Shown here piece after piece: positions 48,812 to 61,308 of a stretch of DNA of 64,000 nt. The notes beneath the pieces are model-generated. The model was not told the DNA's origin. It worked only from the letters and a program-made list of their open reading frames with translations, and ran no database searches. Each line of letters opens with the position of its first letter. Positions within the stretch are counted from its first letter, which is position 1. The translations under genes and the position numbers were made by a program. This stretch comes from Felis catus (taxonomy: Eukaryota), in the NCBI RefSeq assembly GCF_018350175.1, contig NC_058368.1:58964001-59028000 (forward strand), read 5' to 3'.

Positions 48812-50232
48812 ACCATATCTCTTTAATATATATAAGCAACACATTTTAGTATAGGCTTCTAAAATCTACATATTACAACTCTAGGTACACTTGGTATCTG
48901 TCTCTGATGCCAAAAAATTTTGAATGAGCAACAGACAAAAAACCATTCTGTGATGGTGCTAAGGCCAATGAGTTTGGTTCTCCATTACTCATTCTAGTTC
49001 TGGGTCATTCATAAAGCCGGGAAATTGCTCAGGACTGTGTCTCATAGCCAAACCAGAAGTGACAGATTGCTCTGGTTAATTAATTGCCGCGACTGCTTGG
49101 CCTGGCAATTCATTTTATAGAAAGCACCAGAGTATCCCCAGAGGGGCCTTGTGGATAATTATTTTTAAAAACAGAGAATAGTCAATACTTCTTGATTATA
49201 AGAAACTACCTTAAACAAATTTCAATATGAAAAATCTTAAAATATACATTTTCCCAGAATTGCCTTTATTCCATATTTTAAAATTAAGTTTTAGTACTTA
49301 AATAGTTTGGCAGATGGTGGTATTACATTTTGAAAATAAATGAATATGACATCATTAAATTTTTATTTCTAATTAATGCATATGTAATCAATCCAATTAA
49401 ATTGATTAGAAACATTCAATTTACTTAAACCTGGCATGTAAAATGTTGTCTGTTCCAATACTTCTCATGGGTGACTGGCCTTTTCACCTCATATTCTTGG
49501 TTCCATAAGATTTTGTTGATATTTCTTTGACACTGTACTTAGAGAAATATATGCCTATAGTGTAATCACAATGAAAAATTAACTGTTAAGTATTCATTTT
49601 TTTACCCAAATGATAACTATATACATCTCTGTTTAGGAAAAAATACTTCAACCATACCATTGTTTATACTGACCTAAGAGCTGAGTCACAGAAGTGGGTT
49701 AAAATTTTCTGTTGGATAGGAGATCCTGAATATTTAGTTTTCAATGAGACTTATTATTTGTTGGCTAGTATTTGTTGGTTTTTCTGTTATTGTTTTTAGA
49801 TACTTTGATATGACCACAGAACATTTTAAAATATGAAAATGTTTTTATTTTCTTTTTTCAGAACCAATGTATATTGTTTTCATATTATTCTAATTAACTA
49901 GAAATGTGTTGTCTTGAGTTTTTAAGCCATTTTTTTCCTTTGGTTATTATAGATTACTTATTCGTGAAGATGGAAGAGATAATTATACCAATTTTATGCT
50001 TACTTAATGCTTGCTTTACTTAATAAAAATTTAATTTTCACTTTGCAGCAGGAAGACTAATGAGCCTCGACTGCTGTCTGTTAGAAAATGTAAATGAAAG
50101 AGTGACATTATTTACTGCAACAATGGGATTAATAAGCATAAATTGTAAGTGAGAAAACATATTTTTTTTACATGTAACATGTAAATACTACGCAAGTCCA
50201 TGTGGGTTTCCTTGTATAAAATTTATCAAATG

Positions 50233-50457
50233 GGAGGTGCCTGGGTGGCTTAGTCAGTTAAGCTTCCAAGTTTGGCTCGGGTCATGATCTCACAACTCGG
50301 CTCGTGGGTTCGAGCTCTGTGTTGTGCTCTGTACTGACAGCTTGGAGCCTGGACCTGCTTCAGATTCTGTGTCTCCCCCTAGATCTCTACCCCTCCCCCA
50401 CTTGTGCTCTGTCTCTTTCTCTCTCTCTTTCAAAAATAGATAATCATTAAAAAAATT
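50233..50457 (+). mobile_element. CAN-SINE
   Basis: TSD AAAATTTATCAAATG at 50218-50232 and 50458-50472. Confidence 0.95.
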
Positions 50458-50811
50458 AAAATTTATCAAATGAGTGAATGGTAAGGTACAAAATATGAAG
50501 CTTATGTTTTCAAAGATATAGGAAATGTATGCTCAAAGTTATGATTATTCTACAAGCTGGAGCTACTGTTAATTCCAAATATCATCAGTCAATGAAAAAT
50601 CGAACAACATGTTGACATGCAAATACAATATAGTAAAGGCAATGTATGTTATGTTGCTACTAGTTATGTATCCAAATCTCTAAATTAGGTTAAAATTTTA
50701 TAAGGGTGTTATTTTTGTAACTATTAATAATAATGACATACATATATTTTGACAATTTTTTAAATTTATTTAACAAAATATAATTAATACATTGAATTTG
50801 TTTTTGTATAA

Positions 50812-50995
50812 AGAGGCAGTAAACATGCTGATTAGGAGTCTTGGAGACTGGACTACAATCTAGACCTGTATTTACATTCCTGTCTTACCACTGACCAGAT
50901 TTGTAACTTTGGGCAAACGTCTGGGGTTTGGTCCTATTAATCAGGATAGTATCAGTATGTACATCATAGGTTCTCTATGAAGATTAAATAAAATG
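50812..50995 (+). mobile_element. MIR remnant
   Basis: GAGGCAGTA...AGACCTG...CCACTGACCAG...GTAACTTTGGGCAA...CATAGGTT...GAAGATTAAATAA. Confidence 0.55.
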
Positions 50996-50998
50996 AGC

Positions 50999-51237
50999 CA
51001 GTATTTTTAAACTTTTCCTTTCCTTTATTACCCCATTAAGGAAACTTTAGGATATTTTTATATCCTAATTCCTCACCATAAAATTTTTATACCAGGAATG
51101 TATTGTATATTAGCTGATTCACTATGGCCCCTTGGAGGGTTGGGAACTACCATAATAACTAAGATATTTTTCTCTTCTTCTACTCTAGAACCAATTTTTG
51201 CCCCTTAGGTTGATATTTCCCCTGTTGAGAATGCATG
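50999..51237 (-). mobile_element. hAT-Charlie MITE (MER112-like)
   Basis: CAGTATTTTTAAAC ... GTTGAGAATGCATG termini; internal AGAACCAATTTTTGCCCCTT. Confidence 0.65.
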
Positions 51238-51418
51238 CAATAAACTAAGTTCTTACTGAATATTTAATTTTTTATCACTCAATATATTAATACATGTTAG
51301 ATATTATTAACATCATCATTATTATTATTATTATTATCATCATTATTATTACTGATATGGGTCATCAACACTAACTTATAACCGATTGCATATGTATTTA
51401 CATAGTGCTATTTTGAAA

Positions 51419-51627
51419 TTTTTTTTAATCTTTATTTATTTTTGAGAGAGAGAGACAAGGTGTGAGCAGGGGAGGAACAGAGAGAGAGGGAGACACAGAA
51501 TCCAAAGCAGGCCCCAGGCTCTGAGCTGTCAGCGCAAAGCCCAATGCGGGGCTCGAACCCACAAACCACGAGATCATGACCCAAGTCAAAGTTGGACGCT
51601 TAACCAACTGAGCCACCCAGGCACCCC
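51419..51627 (-). mobile_element. CAN-SINE
   Basis: Full element; TSD-like AGTGCTATTTTGA / AGTACTGTTTTGA. Confidence 0.95.
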
Positions 51628-51657
51628 AGTACTGTTTTGATTAAAACACTTTTATTA

Positions 51658-51857
51658 AGGTGCCTGCATGGCTCAGTCGATTAAGTATCTAACTCTTGAT
51701 TTCTCTCAGGTCATGATCTCATGGTTGTGAGATGGAGCCCTGCATGGGGCTCTGTGCTGAGTGTGGAGCCTGCTTAAGATTCTCTCTCTCCCTCTACCCC
51801 TCTCCCTGACTCATGTGTGCTCTCTCTCTAAAATAAAAAAAAAAAAATTAAAAAAAA
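51658..51857 (+). mobile_element. CAN-SINE (shorter, older subtype)
   Basis: GGTGCCTGCATGGCTCAGTC head, A-tail. Confidence 0.92.
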
Positions 51858-52714
51858 TACCAACACATTTTTACCAAAGATACATATTCCATGTGTGTTG
51901 GGAGAAATAACAATTTTACTTAATTTTTAGTGACTCCATGTATGTATTTATAACAATTTTACACTTTAGAGGCAATGACAATATTTTAACCCACATGTAG
52001 TAACAAACTTACCCACGTGTAATGGAGACAAGTGACTGTGCTCTAAATAAATGCAAAAACTAATTTTAGGGTGACTAAAAGTCTTGGTAAAGAATGAATG
52101 CATCCTAGGCATTCACACTGTTTCTCCTTTGGCAATAGTATTTAGGAGTAATTTCTACAACATAAGGGCATAAAATCTCAACCCAGAGAAATGTGAAAAG
52201 TAAAAATACAATAAAACCATCATCTAGCATGGACTTAATGAAGCACACAATTTTTCAATGTGTCGTTTCTTCCTTGGGGTTCTGGTCAGGGTCTTATCAA
52301 CATTTTTTCTCAGCAATCATAAGCCAAATTTTCTTTGGTATTCTTTGGTACCAGTTGAACTCCCTTCCTTTTTAGATTTTATAGTCACTTTTAAAATATC
52401 AATAATAAAGATATATTTGGAATAAATATCTGTTTATTTTTGCCAAAAAGAAGTCTATGTTTGTATGGTGCCATATCATAAGCAACACTATTAACAAAAG
52501 ATAATCCACACAATAACTAAAAGACTTGAACTTGCAAAATAATTCACACCAATTCCTTCTACAGCCACTCCAAGGCCTACCTGTGCATAAGGTTGTTTAG
52601 GAAACTCTCCTAATTTCTATTCAATAGTAGAGTCACATGAAAATAGAAACTTCTAAAATTTTCATTTTTATTTAAATCATTTTGTTTTCCTTTATGTAAA
52701 GAAAACCAATCATA

Positions 52715-52981
52715 ATGAACTGCTCCTAAGGTAGTTAGTCAAGTATGTCTCAACACTAACATGATATAAAAAGAGACTACAGCTGAATGAGAAAGGAATC
52801 AAAATCCGTTTTGTATATAAGTTAAAGCCCTAACTGGATTGTACCATCTTCCTGTTTTGTTTTGGGAAGATTAAAAGCTGCCCATGTAAGTCTGCTTAAA
52901 TAGGTAGCTTAAATTTATGTCAAAATGTCCGCAGCAGTTTGTCAATAAAGTTTAGGCCTTTTTTAATCAAAAAAGAAGAAA
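52715..52981 (+). pseudogene. Probable 5'-truncated retrocopy of an mRNA 3' UTR end (tentatively hnRNP A3-like)
   Basis: Non-repeat sequence, AATAAA at 52944, A-rich tail from 52969; the terminal sequence resembles my recollection of an hnRNP 3' UTR, unverified. Confidence 0.45.
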
Positions 52982-53228
52982 CTATTTCACAGATTTATGT
53001 ATTAAAGTAAAGAAATGGGACCTTAAAATAAAGATGAAATAGTAACCTAAGAAGCTTTCCTAGGGTTGCAAACAGTGTCATATGACCCTCTGTATTCATA
53101 AATAGAGGGTCTTTCCCCAGCCATTCCATCAGTGTGAATAAAGACCTTGACCTTTCAAAAATTTGGATGATGAAAGATGGGGGCAAATTATATAAGAAAA
53201 TCATATTGTATAGACTCTAATATTTAAA

Positions 53229-53432
53229 TTTTTAAAATGTTTATTTTTGAGAGAGAAAGAGAAAGTATGAGCAGGGGAGGGGCAGAGAGAGAGGGAGACA
53301 CAGAATCCACAACGGGCTCCAGGCTCTGAGCTATCAGCATAGAGCCTGATGCGGGCCTCGAACTCACAAGCCGTGAGATCATGATCTGAGCCAAAGTCAG
53401 ATGCTTAACCGACTGAGCCACCCCTATGCCCC
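53229..53432 (-). mobile_element. CAN-SINE
   Basis: TSD TCTAATATTTAAA at 53216-53228 and 53437-53449. Confidence 0.95.
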
Positions 53433-54000
53433 TGAATCTAATATTTAAAAAGTTTAGAAAAAAATTATGTGGAATTTTGAGTTTATCATGTCAATATCAA
53501 CTTTTTCTTCCAAATAAAGAAAAATGAGATTTAACATTTAAAAAGAGTTAAGAAAATGAAGAGTAAAAGAAGGTTGAATAATGTATTAACTGCATAACTA
53601 GGAATTGGGAAAATCCTGGAACAAAGTTGGACTAAATTGTGCATGGCTCAGTGAGTGCTTGAGGACTAACTCCAACCATTTCATTGGCAAGTGGGGAAAT
53701 CTGTAGAACATCTGGAGAAGAGAGTATAAGAACAGAGATGAATCAAACAAATAGAAACTATTGGGACTACATATATTGCAAACATAGAAGATATTTTGAT
53801 CCAAAGAAAGTAAAAATCAAACTGGTACAATAGGGAAATAATTTTTTTAACAAATAAAATATGCACAAAACTGACTTTAAAGTATATATGTTTAAGGATC
53901 TAAAATAATTTTTGGAGAAAATTATGTTCCTAATCAAAAGCATAAGGAAAAAGAAAAACAAATACAAATCAAGAATAGGTATATATGAAATACATAGTCA

Positions 54001-54590
54001 TTGATCCAGCAGTTGCACAACTGGGTATTTACCCAAAATATATAAAAATACTGATTTGAAGGGGCATATGCTCCCTGACGTTTATAGCAGCATGATCAAC
54101 AATAGCCAAATTATGGAAAGAGTCCAAATGTCCATCTACTGATGAATGGATAAAGAAGATGTCATATATATACACAATGGAGTATTACTCGGACATCCAA
54201 AAGAATGAAATCTTGCCATTTGCAATGACATGGATGGAGCTAGAGTGTATTATGTTAACTGAAATAAGTTAGTTAGAGAAAGACAAATACCATATGATTT
54301 AACTCACATGTGGAATTTAAGAAACAAAACAGATGAATGTAGGAGGGAAAAAAAAAGGAGAGAGGCAAATCATAAAATAGACTTAACCATAGAGAACAAA
54401 CTGAGGGGTGCTGGAGGGGAGGTGGGTGGGAGGATGAGTTAAATGGTGATGGGTATTAAGGAGGGCCCTTGTTATGAGCACTAGGTTTTGTATGTAAGTG
54501 TTGAGTCACTAAATTCTACTCCTGAAATTAATATTACCCTACATGTTAACTAACTGGAATTTAAATAAAAACTTGAAACTACAAAAACAA
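54001..54590 (+). mobile_element. Truncated carnivore L1 (ORF2 end and 3' UTR)
   Basis: TGATCCAGCAGTTGCAC...GGAATTTAAATAAAAACTTGAAA. Confidence 0.93.
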
Positions 54591-54699
54591 TATCCTCTCA
54601 TTGAGCATTTATCTTAGGTGGTTTTCTGTGTCTGTAATATATTATACAAGCAAAACTCTAAAAACAACTTTCAAAGATGGAGTGAACTCTACCTTAGTC

Positions 54700-55300
54700 A
54701 TAATCCAAAAGAGGATCTTTGAATTAAGATTTAGTACTGAGGATTTTCTCTTGCCATCCCACCAAATCAGCACAGGGCTATAGAGAAAGAAAATGTGAAA
54801 GAGAAATAAAGATAAAGAGGACATATTGAAGCATGCCAAAATAAAAACTCCTGATGGGAAGTCTTGGAAGAGAAAATAGATGGAGTGGTATAGAAGCAAC
54901 ATTAAAAATTATGATGACTGAGAATACTCTAGAAGTAAAGTCAATTCTTCCAAGAAAAGGAGATCATGAAGGCTTAGCCAATACAAATAAACAAATAAAT
55001 ACATGCGTATAGGTAAAAGTGCATTTTCATTAAGCTGACAAACATTATGAATAGTGACAAAATCACATAAGTACTAGAGAGAAATGTACTTGCAAATAGT
55101 TTACAGACAATACTAACACATCTTATTACTAATAAAACAACAAAAAATGGGAAAATGGAGTGTCATCTTCAAAGGATCAGAAAAGGTTAGAGGGAAATAA
55201 TCTACCAAACTAGGATTCTGTAGGCAGCAAAATTAATATATGAAATAAAAATTACAATGAAGGTATTTTCAGGGGCATAGAAAATAAGTTCATGGAATTA
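54700..55300 (+). mobile_element. Ancient L1/HAL1 ORF1-like remnant
   Basis: Purine-rich; CTGAGAATACTCTAGAA, ATGGAG...ATCTTCAAAG, AACTAGGATTCTGTAG resemble the ORF1 3' half. Confidence 0.4.
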
Positions 55301-55819
55301 AGCTGCCTGGAATGAATAATAAAAGATTATCTACATATATGGTAATACAAAATGCGAAAAAACACACACATTTCTTTTTTTGTTATTATGTCAAAAAGTT
55401 CTCATATTTCTTTTTTCAGTTAATAATCCAATTTTTTAGAATATTTTTAGGTTCACAGCATCAGCAAGGGGAAGGTACAGAGATTTCCCACACACCAGCT
55501 GCACCCACATATGCATAGCTTCCCCATTATCAATATCCCTCACCAGAGTGATTAATATGTTATAATTAATGAACTTATATTGACACTTCAAAATCACTTA
55601 AAGTCTATAGTTAACTTATAGTTTACTATTGTTTTTATAAATTCTATTGGTCTGGATGAATGAATAATTACATATATGGATTATTATGGTAACTACAGAG
55701 TATTTCACTGCATTAAAATTCTCTTTATTGATCCCTCCTTCGCATTCCTTCCACAACTCCTGGCCACCACATATCTTTTTATGGTCTCCATAGTTTTATC
55801 TTTTCTAGAAAATCATATA

Positions 55820-56153
55820 GAGTTGACCTTTGAATAATGTGGGGGTTAGGAGTGCTGACCTGAAATTCATGTGTAATTTTTGACTTCCCCAAAACTTAAT
55901 TACTAATAGCCTGCTGATGACCAGAAGCCTTACAAATAACATAAATGGTCAATTAGCACATATTTTGTATGTTATGTGTATTATACACTGCATTCTTATA
56001 ATAAAGTAAGCTAGAAAAAAGAAAATGTTATTAAGAAAATCATAAGGGAGAGAAAATACTTTGACAGTATTGCACTGTTTTTATTGAAAAAAAAAAAAAC
56101 GTGTAAGTAGACGCTCCTAGTTCAAACCTGTGTTGTTTAGGTTTGGTCACCTG
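55820..56153 (-). mobile_element. Tigger2a-like DNA transposon inside the L1MC element
   Basis: TA|GAGTTGACCTTTGAATAA ... GTTGTTTAGGTTTGGTCACCTG|TA; flanking L1 sequence rejoins across it. Confidence 0.8.
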
Positions 56154-57065
56154 TATTTGGAATCATGCAGTATATAGCCTGTTCAGATTGGCTTCTTTCA
56201 TTTATTAATAGACATTTAAAATAACTCCATGACTTTACATGGCTTGATAACATTTTTTTTTGAGTGTGTATGATGAATGGCATTCCATTGCCTAGATATA
56301 CACCACAGCTTATTGATTCACATATTGAAGGACATCTGGGTTGCTTCCAAGTTTTGCAAATTATCAACATCTGCCATAAACTTTCATGTGCAATTTTTAT
56401 GTGTGGACATAAGTTTTACCCCTTTGAGTAAATACCAAGCATGATTGCTGGATTGTATTGTAAGAATTTTAGTTTTGTGGGAAAGCACCAAAGTCTCTTC
56501 AAAATGAGCTCTGCTATTTATTCCCACCAGCTATAAATGAGAGCTCCTGTTACTCCACATGCCACCAGCATTTGGTATATTCAGTGTTCCAGGTTTTGTC
56601 CGTTTTAGTAAGTGTGTTGTTGTATCTCACTGTTGGTTTAATTTGCACTTTCTTGATGATATATAATGTGGAGCATGTTTTCATGTGCTTTAATTTGCCA
56701 TCAGTATACTTTCGGGAAGTATCTATTAAGGCCTTTGGCCTATTTTTGAATCAAGTTGTTTCCTTATTGTTGAATTTTAAGAGTTCTTTGTATATTTTGT
56801 CAGATAATGTCTTTTGCAAATATTTTCTCCCAGTATGTGGCTTGTCTTTTAATTATCTTGCTATTGTCTTTCTCAGAGCAGAAGATTTCACATTTAATGA
56901 AGTCTAGATTACTAGATTATCAGTTATTTCTTTTATAGATTACATACTTGGTGTTCTGTCTAAAACGTCTTCAGTAAACCCAAGGTCATGCAGGTTTTCT
57001 TCCATATTGTCTGTCAGACTTTTAAAGTTTTACATTTAGGCCTGTTATCAATTTTGGGTTAAATG

Positions 57066-57291
57066 TTTTCTTTTTTTTTTAATTTTTTTTAACATTTAAT
57101 TTATTTTTGAGAGAGAGAGACAGAGTGTGAGTTGGGAAGGGGCAGAAAGAGACAGAGACAACAGAATCTGAAGCAAGTTCCAGGTTCAGAGCTGTCAGCA
57201 CAGAGCCCAAAGTGGAGCTCAAACTCACAAGCCACAAGATCATGACCTGAGCTGAGGTCAGACGCTTAACTGACTGAGACACCCAGGCATC
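57066..57291 (-). mobile_element. CAN-SINE
   Basis: T-tail and body; GTTAAATGTTT on both sides as TSD. Confidence 0.93.
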
Positions 57292-57337
57292 TTGAGTTAA
57301 ATGTTTGGATAGGGTAAGGCCTCTGTGGAAATTCATT

Positions 57338-57343
57338 TGTCTG

Positions 57344-57406
<63 letters not shown>

Positions 57407-57422
57407 ATCTATCTATCATCTA
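57338..57422. repeat. (CTAT)n tetranucleotide repeat
   Basis: Directly visible. Confidence 0.95.
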
Positions 57423-59934
57423 TTTATTCATGCATATGAATCTCCAGATGTCCCAGCATCACTTGTTGAAGAGGCTATTTTCACTCCATTGTATTGCTTT
57501 TGTACATTTATCAACCATCAATCGACTATATTAGTATGGGTGTATTTTCAGGATTTCTGTTATTGAAACACTGATCTCTTATTCAGTTTTTTCCCCCATA
57601 ACACTTTGTCTTGATTAGTGCCGCTCTATACTAATTTTTGAAATTGAGTTATGCCACTCCTTCACTCTGTGCTTACTCAATATTGTGTTGGCTATCCTGA
57701 ATCCCTTGCCTCTCTCTTTAAAACTTTAGCAACAGTTGGTGATATCCATAAACTAAGTTACTGAGGTTTTGATTGGGATCGCATTGAATCTATAGACCAA
57801 TTTCGAAGAATTAATATTCAGTCAATATTGGCAATTTTGAGTTAATATCCACATGCATGAAATATTTTTCCGTGTATATAATTTTTTTCTTTTTCCTTTT
57901 TTTCCTTTTCTTTTTTTTTTCTTTATCTGAGGTTTGTCATTTTCCTTGTCTTGACTTACACATATTTTACTAGATTTGTACCTAAGTATTTCATTTTGGG
58001 AGGTGCTAATATAAATGACACTGTGTTTTTAATTTCACATTCCACTCGTTCTTTGAAGGAGTATAAAAAGCAATTGACTATTGTAAATTAATCTTTTATC
58101 CCCTTGTATCCTGGAACCTTGTTATAACCACTTTTTAGTTCCTGGAGTGTTTTGTCAATTTTTTTCAGATTATTGATATAAATTATTATGTCATCTGTGT
58201 ACAAAGGCAGTTTGATTTCTTCCTTCCCAATCTGTATAGCTTTTATTCTGTTAGTCTTATTACATTAACCAGGAATTTCAGTACAATGTTCAAAAGGAGT
58301 GGAGAGAGAGGACATCCTTGCTTTGTACCTGATTTTAGTGGAGAAGTTTTTAGTTTCTTGCTATTAAAATATAACCTTAGCTGTAGTGTTTTTGTAGATA
58401 TTCTTCATCAAACTGAGGAGGATCCCCTCTATTCCTAGTTTACTAAGAATTTTTATCATGGATTTAATTTGTTGTTTTTTCTAGTCTCCTAAATTGGAAG
58501 CTTACATGATTGATTTTAGATCATTCCTCTTTTCTAATACACGACCTTAATGTTATAAACTTCACTCTCAGCAATCTTTTTGCACCATCTTAAATATTTT
58601 GATAACCTGTGTTTTCATTTTCACTTACCTAAAACCATTTAAAATTTCTCTTGATATTTTTCTTTGAACTTTGTATTATTTAAAAATATGTTGACTAATC
58701 TCCAAGTATTTGGGGGCATTTCCAGCTCTCTTTCTGCTAATTTGTGTCTCTTTTCTGACTAATTTTTTAATAATCACAAGACATCAGGATGATATCTGAC
58801 AAAAAGCCACCAGTTTCCCTGAAAATATTCAGGGAGCTGCTTTCTGATAGTCACTGAAATTCTTTAAAGAGCTAGGAGACAAATAGCTAATTCATGTCCT
58901 AAGTTTTATTAAAATAAATAACTTTTACTGAGTTGAATTAATAAGTGAGTACTACTGACATTCTGAAAAGTTTTGTAAAGAGGCAGGTCACTGGGTGCTC
59001 TACTCAGGAGGAATGATGTCAATACCAAGAACAGTATATTTCTCACTTTCCTGTGTGATAAAAAATACCAGGTTAGTATGAATCCTTCCGTGTCTTTCAG
59101 ATGTCTAGTATGGGCCAATAGAGCCAAATAAAAGCTTACGAGTTAGCTGGTTTGGTTTCACAAATAGTATGTGCTCACCTACGAGAAGGATACAAATGTT
59201 CCTTAAGCTACTTGAGTAGATTAAAAAAAGTAAACAAGTAAAACATTCCTGAAATTGTTGTAAAGTTAAATTAAAATTTGATATAATATTATAGCCCTGA
59301 AACACCTGTAAGACCATTCAAAGGCTAGACAAGACTCACAAGTGCAAATTGATTTAAAATGAACAAAAATAAATAAATGGCATTTTAGCCATTTAAATGT
59401 TTAGCAGTTATGAACATATTATTTATATTGGACATACATTTCCAATAACATTATAAGCACAATTCATATATCCAAGAGGGCACAATGTTTTCACAAATCA
59501 ATCAGTAATACTTCCTTATATTGGGCATATTGGTCAGTAATTATTCAGAATGTATGCCTTGTAATATTATCATAAATGCTGTTCAAACCAGCAAACAGCT
59601 TATTCAAAGACCATTTCTCTGAGTGTCTAAAGCATAAACGTGTTATACCAAAAATATTAAAATATGTTCTGTTAAATCTATTTGTGGAATAAAATATATT
59701 TTTATTTGCATTCAATTACAAAAATTTTTAAATGTAGTGATTTTATAAGTAGTTCATATTGCTGTCAAAATATGCTAATGTAATAAGGTGTAAGAAAATT
59801 CATACCGTAATAAAATAAATTATAGAAATTAAATGAATGTATGCCCAAAGGTTATTTATCCATGTGTTTGCCAAACTACTAAGTAATACTATTTCATTTT
59901 CCTAAGTTTAGGAATGTCACATATCCAAAAACTA

Positions 59935-60195
59935 GTTTTGACAAACATGGATGGAACTTAAGGGCATTGTGTTAAGTGAGTAAGTGAGACAAATAAAAAT
60001 ACCATGTGTTTTCTCTTATACGTGGAATGATAAATGAATAAATAAGTAAACAAACAAATAAATAAACAACCAACCAAGCTTATAGATAAAGAGAACAGAC
60101 TGGTGGTTGCCAGAGGCAATGTTTAGAAGCCTGGGAGAAATGGATGAACTCTTTTCATTTTTTGTTTAAATAATTTAATAAAAATAAAATAAAAT
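59935..60195 (+). mobile_element. Truncated older L1 3' end (L1MA9/carnivore-like)
   Basis: ACATGGATGGAACTTAAGGGCATT, AGAGAACAGACTGGTGGTTGCCAGAGG, A-rich tail. Confidence 0.8.
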
Positions 60196-61216
60196 GATAG
60201 ATGCTCATTGATCCAAAAAACCCAAAAAATGTATTATTTTGTATTATGTTTTCTTATCTTTAATAGTAGTACACATATTTTTATTATTAAAAATGGAACT
60301 TTAAAATATTCATGAAGAAATAATAGGCTGTAATAGAATGGTCTTAGTAACCTTTTTTCATTACATTAGTACATAAAAATGAATATTTTTAACAAATACA
60401 CATTTTTAATAGATTTTTATTTCTGGATAAGAGTAGAGCAAGTGTTTACCTTGTCGCTATTACTTATCAATTTTAATATTACATACCTCTAAATGGAAGA
60501 TAACTATATATACACACTACAAATATATAGTGTAGCAAATTTTTTTTTCTGAAAATTCTACATTTGCATTAGGATAAGTGACTATAACATAATGGTCTGG
60601 GGTCCATTTATTTGTGATAAATATTCATTAATATATATCCACAAACAATTCTTTTTAAGGCCCATTATATATAATCATAGTGTCCAAGTTATAGGCTTAA
60701 AGACATACTTCCATGATTTGACTCCGGTTCCTGTTATACATTTGTTCTTTTGTGCTGTTGTTCCCAACAGTCCAGGTATCACCACATTTGTGGAAAAGGT
60801 GCAACAATTCTTCCATTTACATCCTCCCCTCTTTTGGTGGGCGTGTCAGTTTCCTATAGGCAAGAAGACTGTTACAAGATAAATTTTCCTGAATCCATGA
60901 ATATCTGAAAAATGTCTGTTTTGCCCTGCTGCTTCATTGATTATTTGGCTCCCAGATCATTTTTCTCTAAGCACAACGTAGGCTTTCTTCATGATTTCTG
61001 GAAATCTTATTTGTTAATGAAACGTCTCATGCCAAGGCTTGGTCACAGTTCTTTTCAGGTGACCTTCTTTATGGCCTCAGATTTCTTAATTTTTACGAAG
61101 CTGTTACTTCATGTAGATTCCCTTGCATTCTTTGTGCTTACACTTAGATATTGCTGTGCATCTGAAACATTGTGCCTTCCTCCACTGAGAAATTAGCTCC
61201 TATTATTTCTTTAATA

Positions 61217-61217
61217 T

Positions 61218-61305
<88 letters not shown>

Positions 61306-61308
61306 TTC
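61217..61308. repeat. (TTTC)n tetranucleotide repeat
   Basis: About 22 perfect units. Confidence 0.97.

Larger units (their letters stand above)
55410..58745 (-). mobile_element. Old L1MC1-like element, interrupted by a Tigger, a SINE and a microsatellite
   Basis: TTTTTAGGTTCACAGCA, CCCCATTATCAATATCCCTCACCAGAGTG; collinear with 6585-10340. Confidence 0.85.

Noticed and set aside
6585..58745. Similarity of 6585-10340 and 55410-58745 as a segmental duplication
   Set aside because: Similarity is confined to L1MC sequence, the nested insertions differ and the flanks are unrelated; independent insertions
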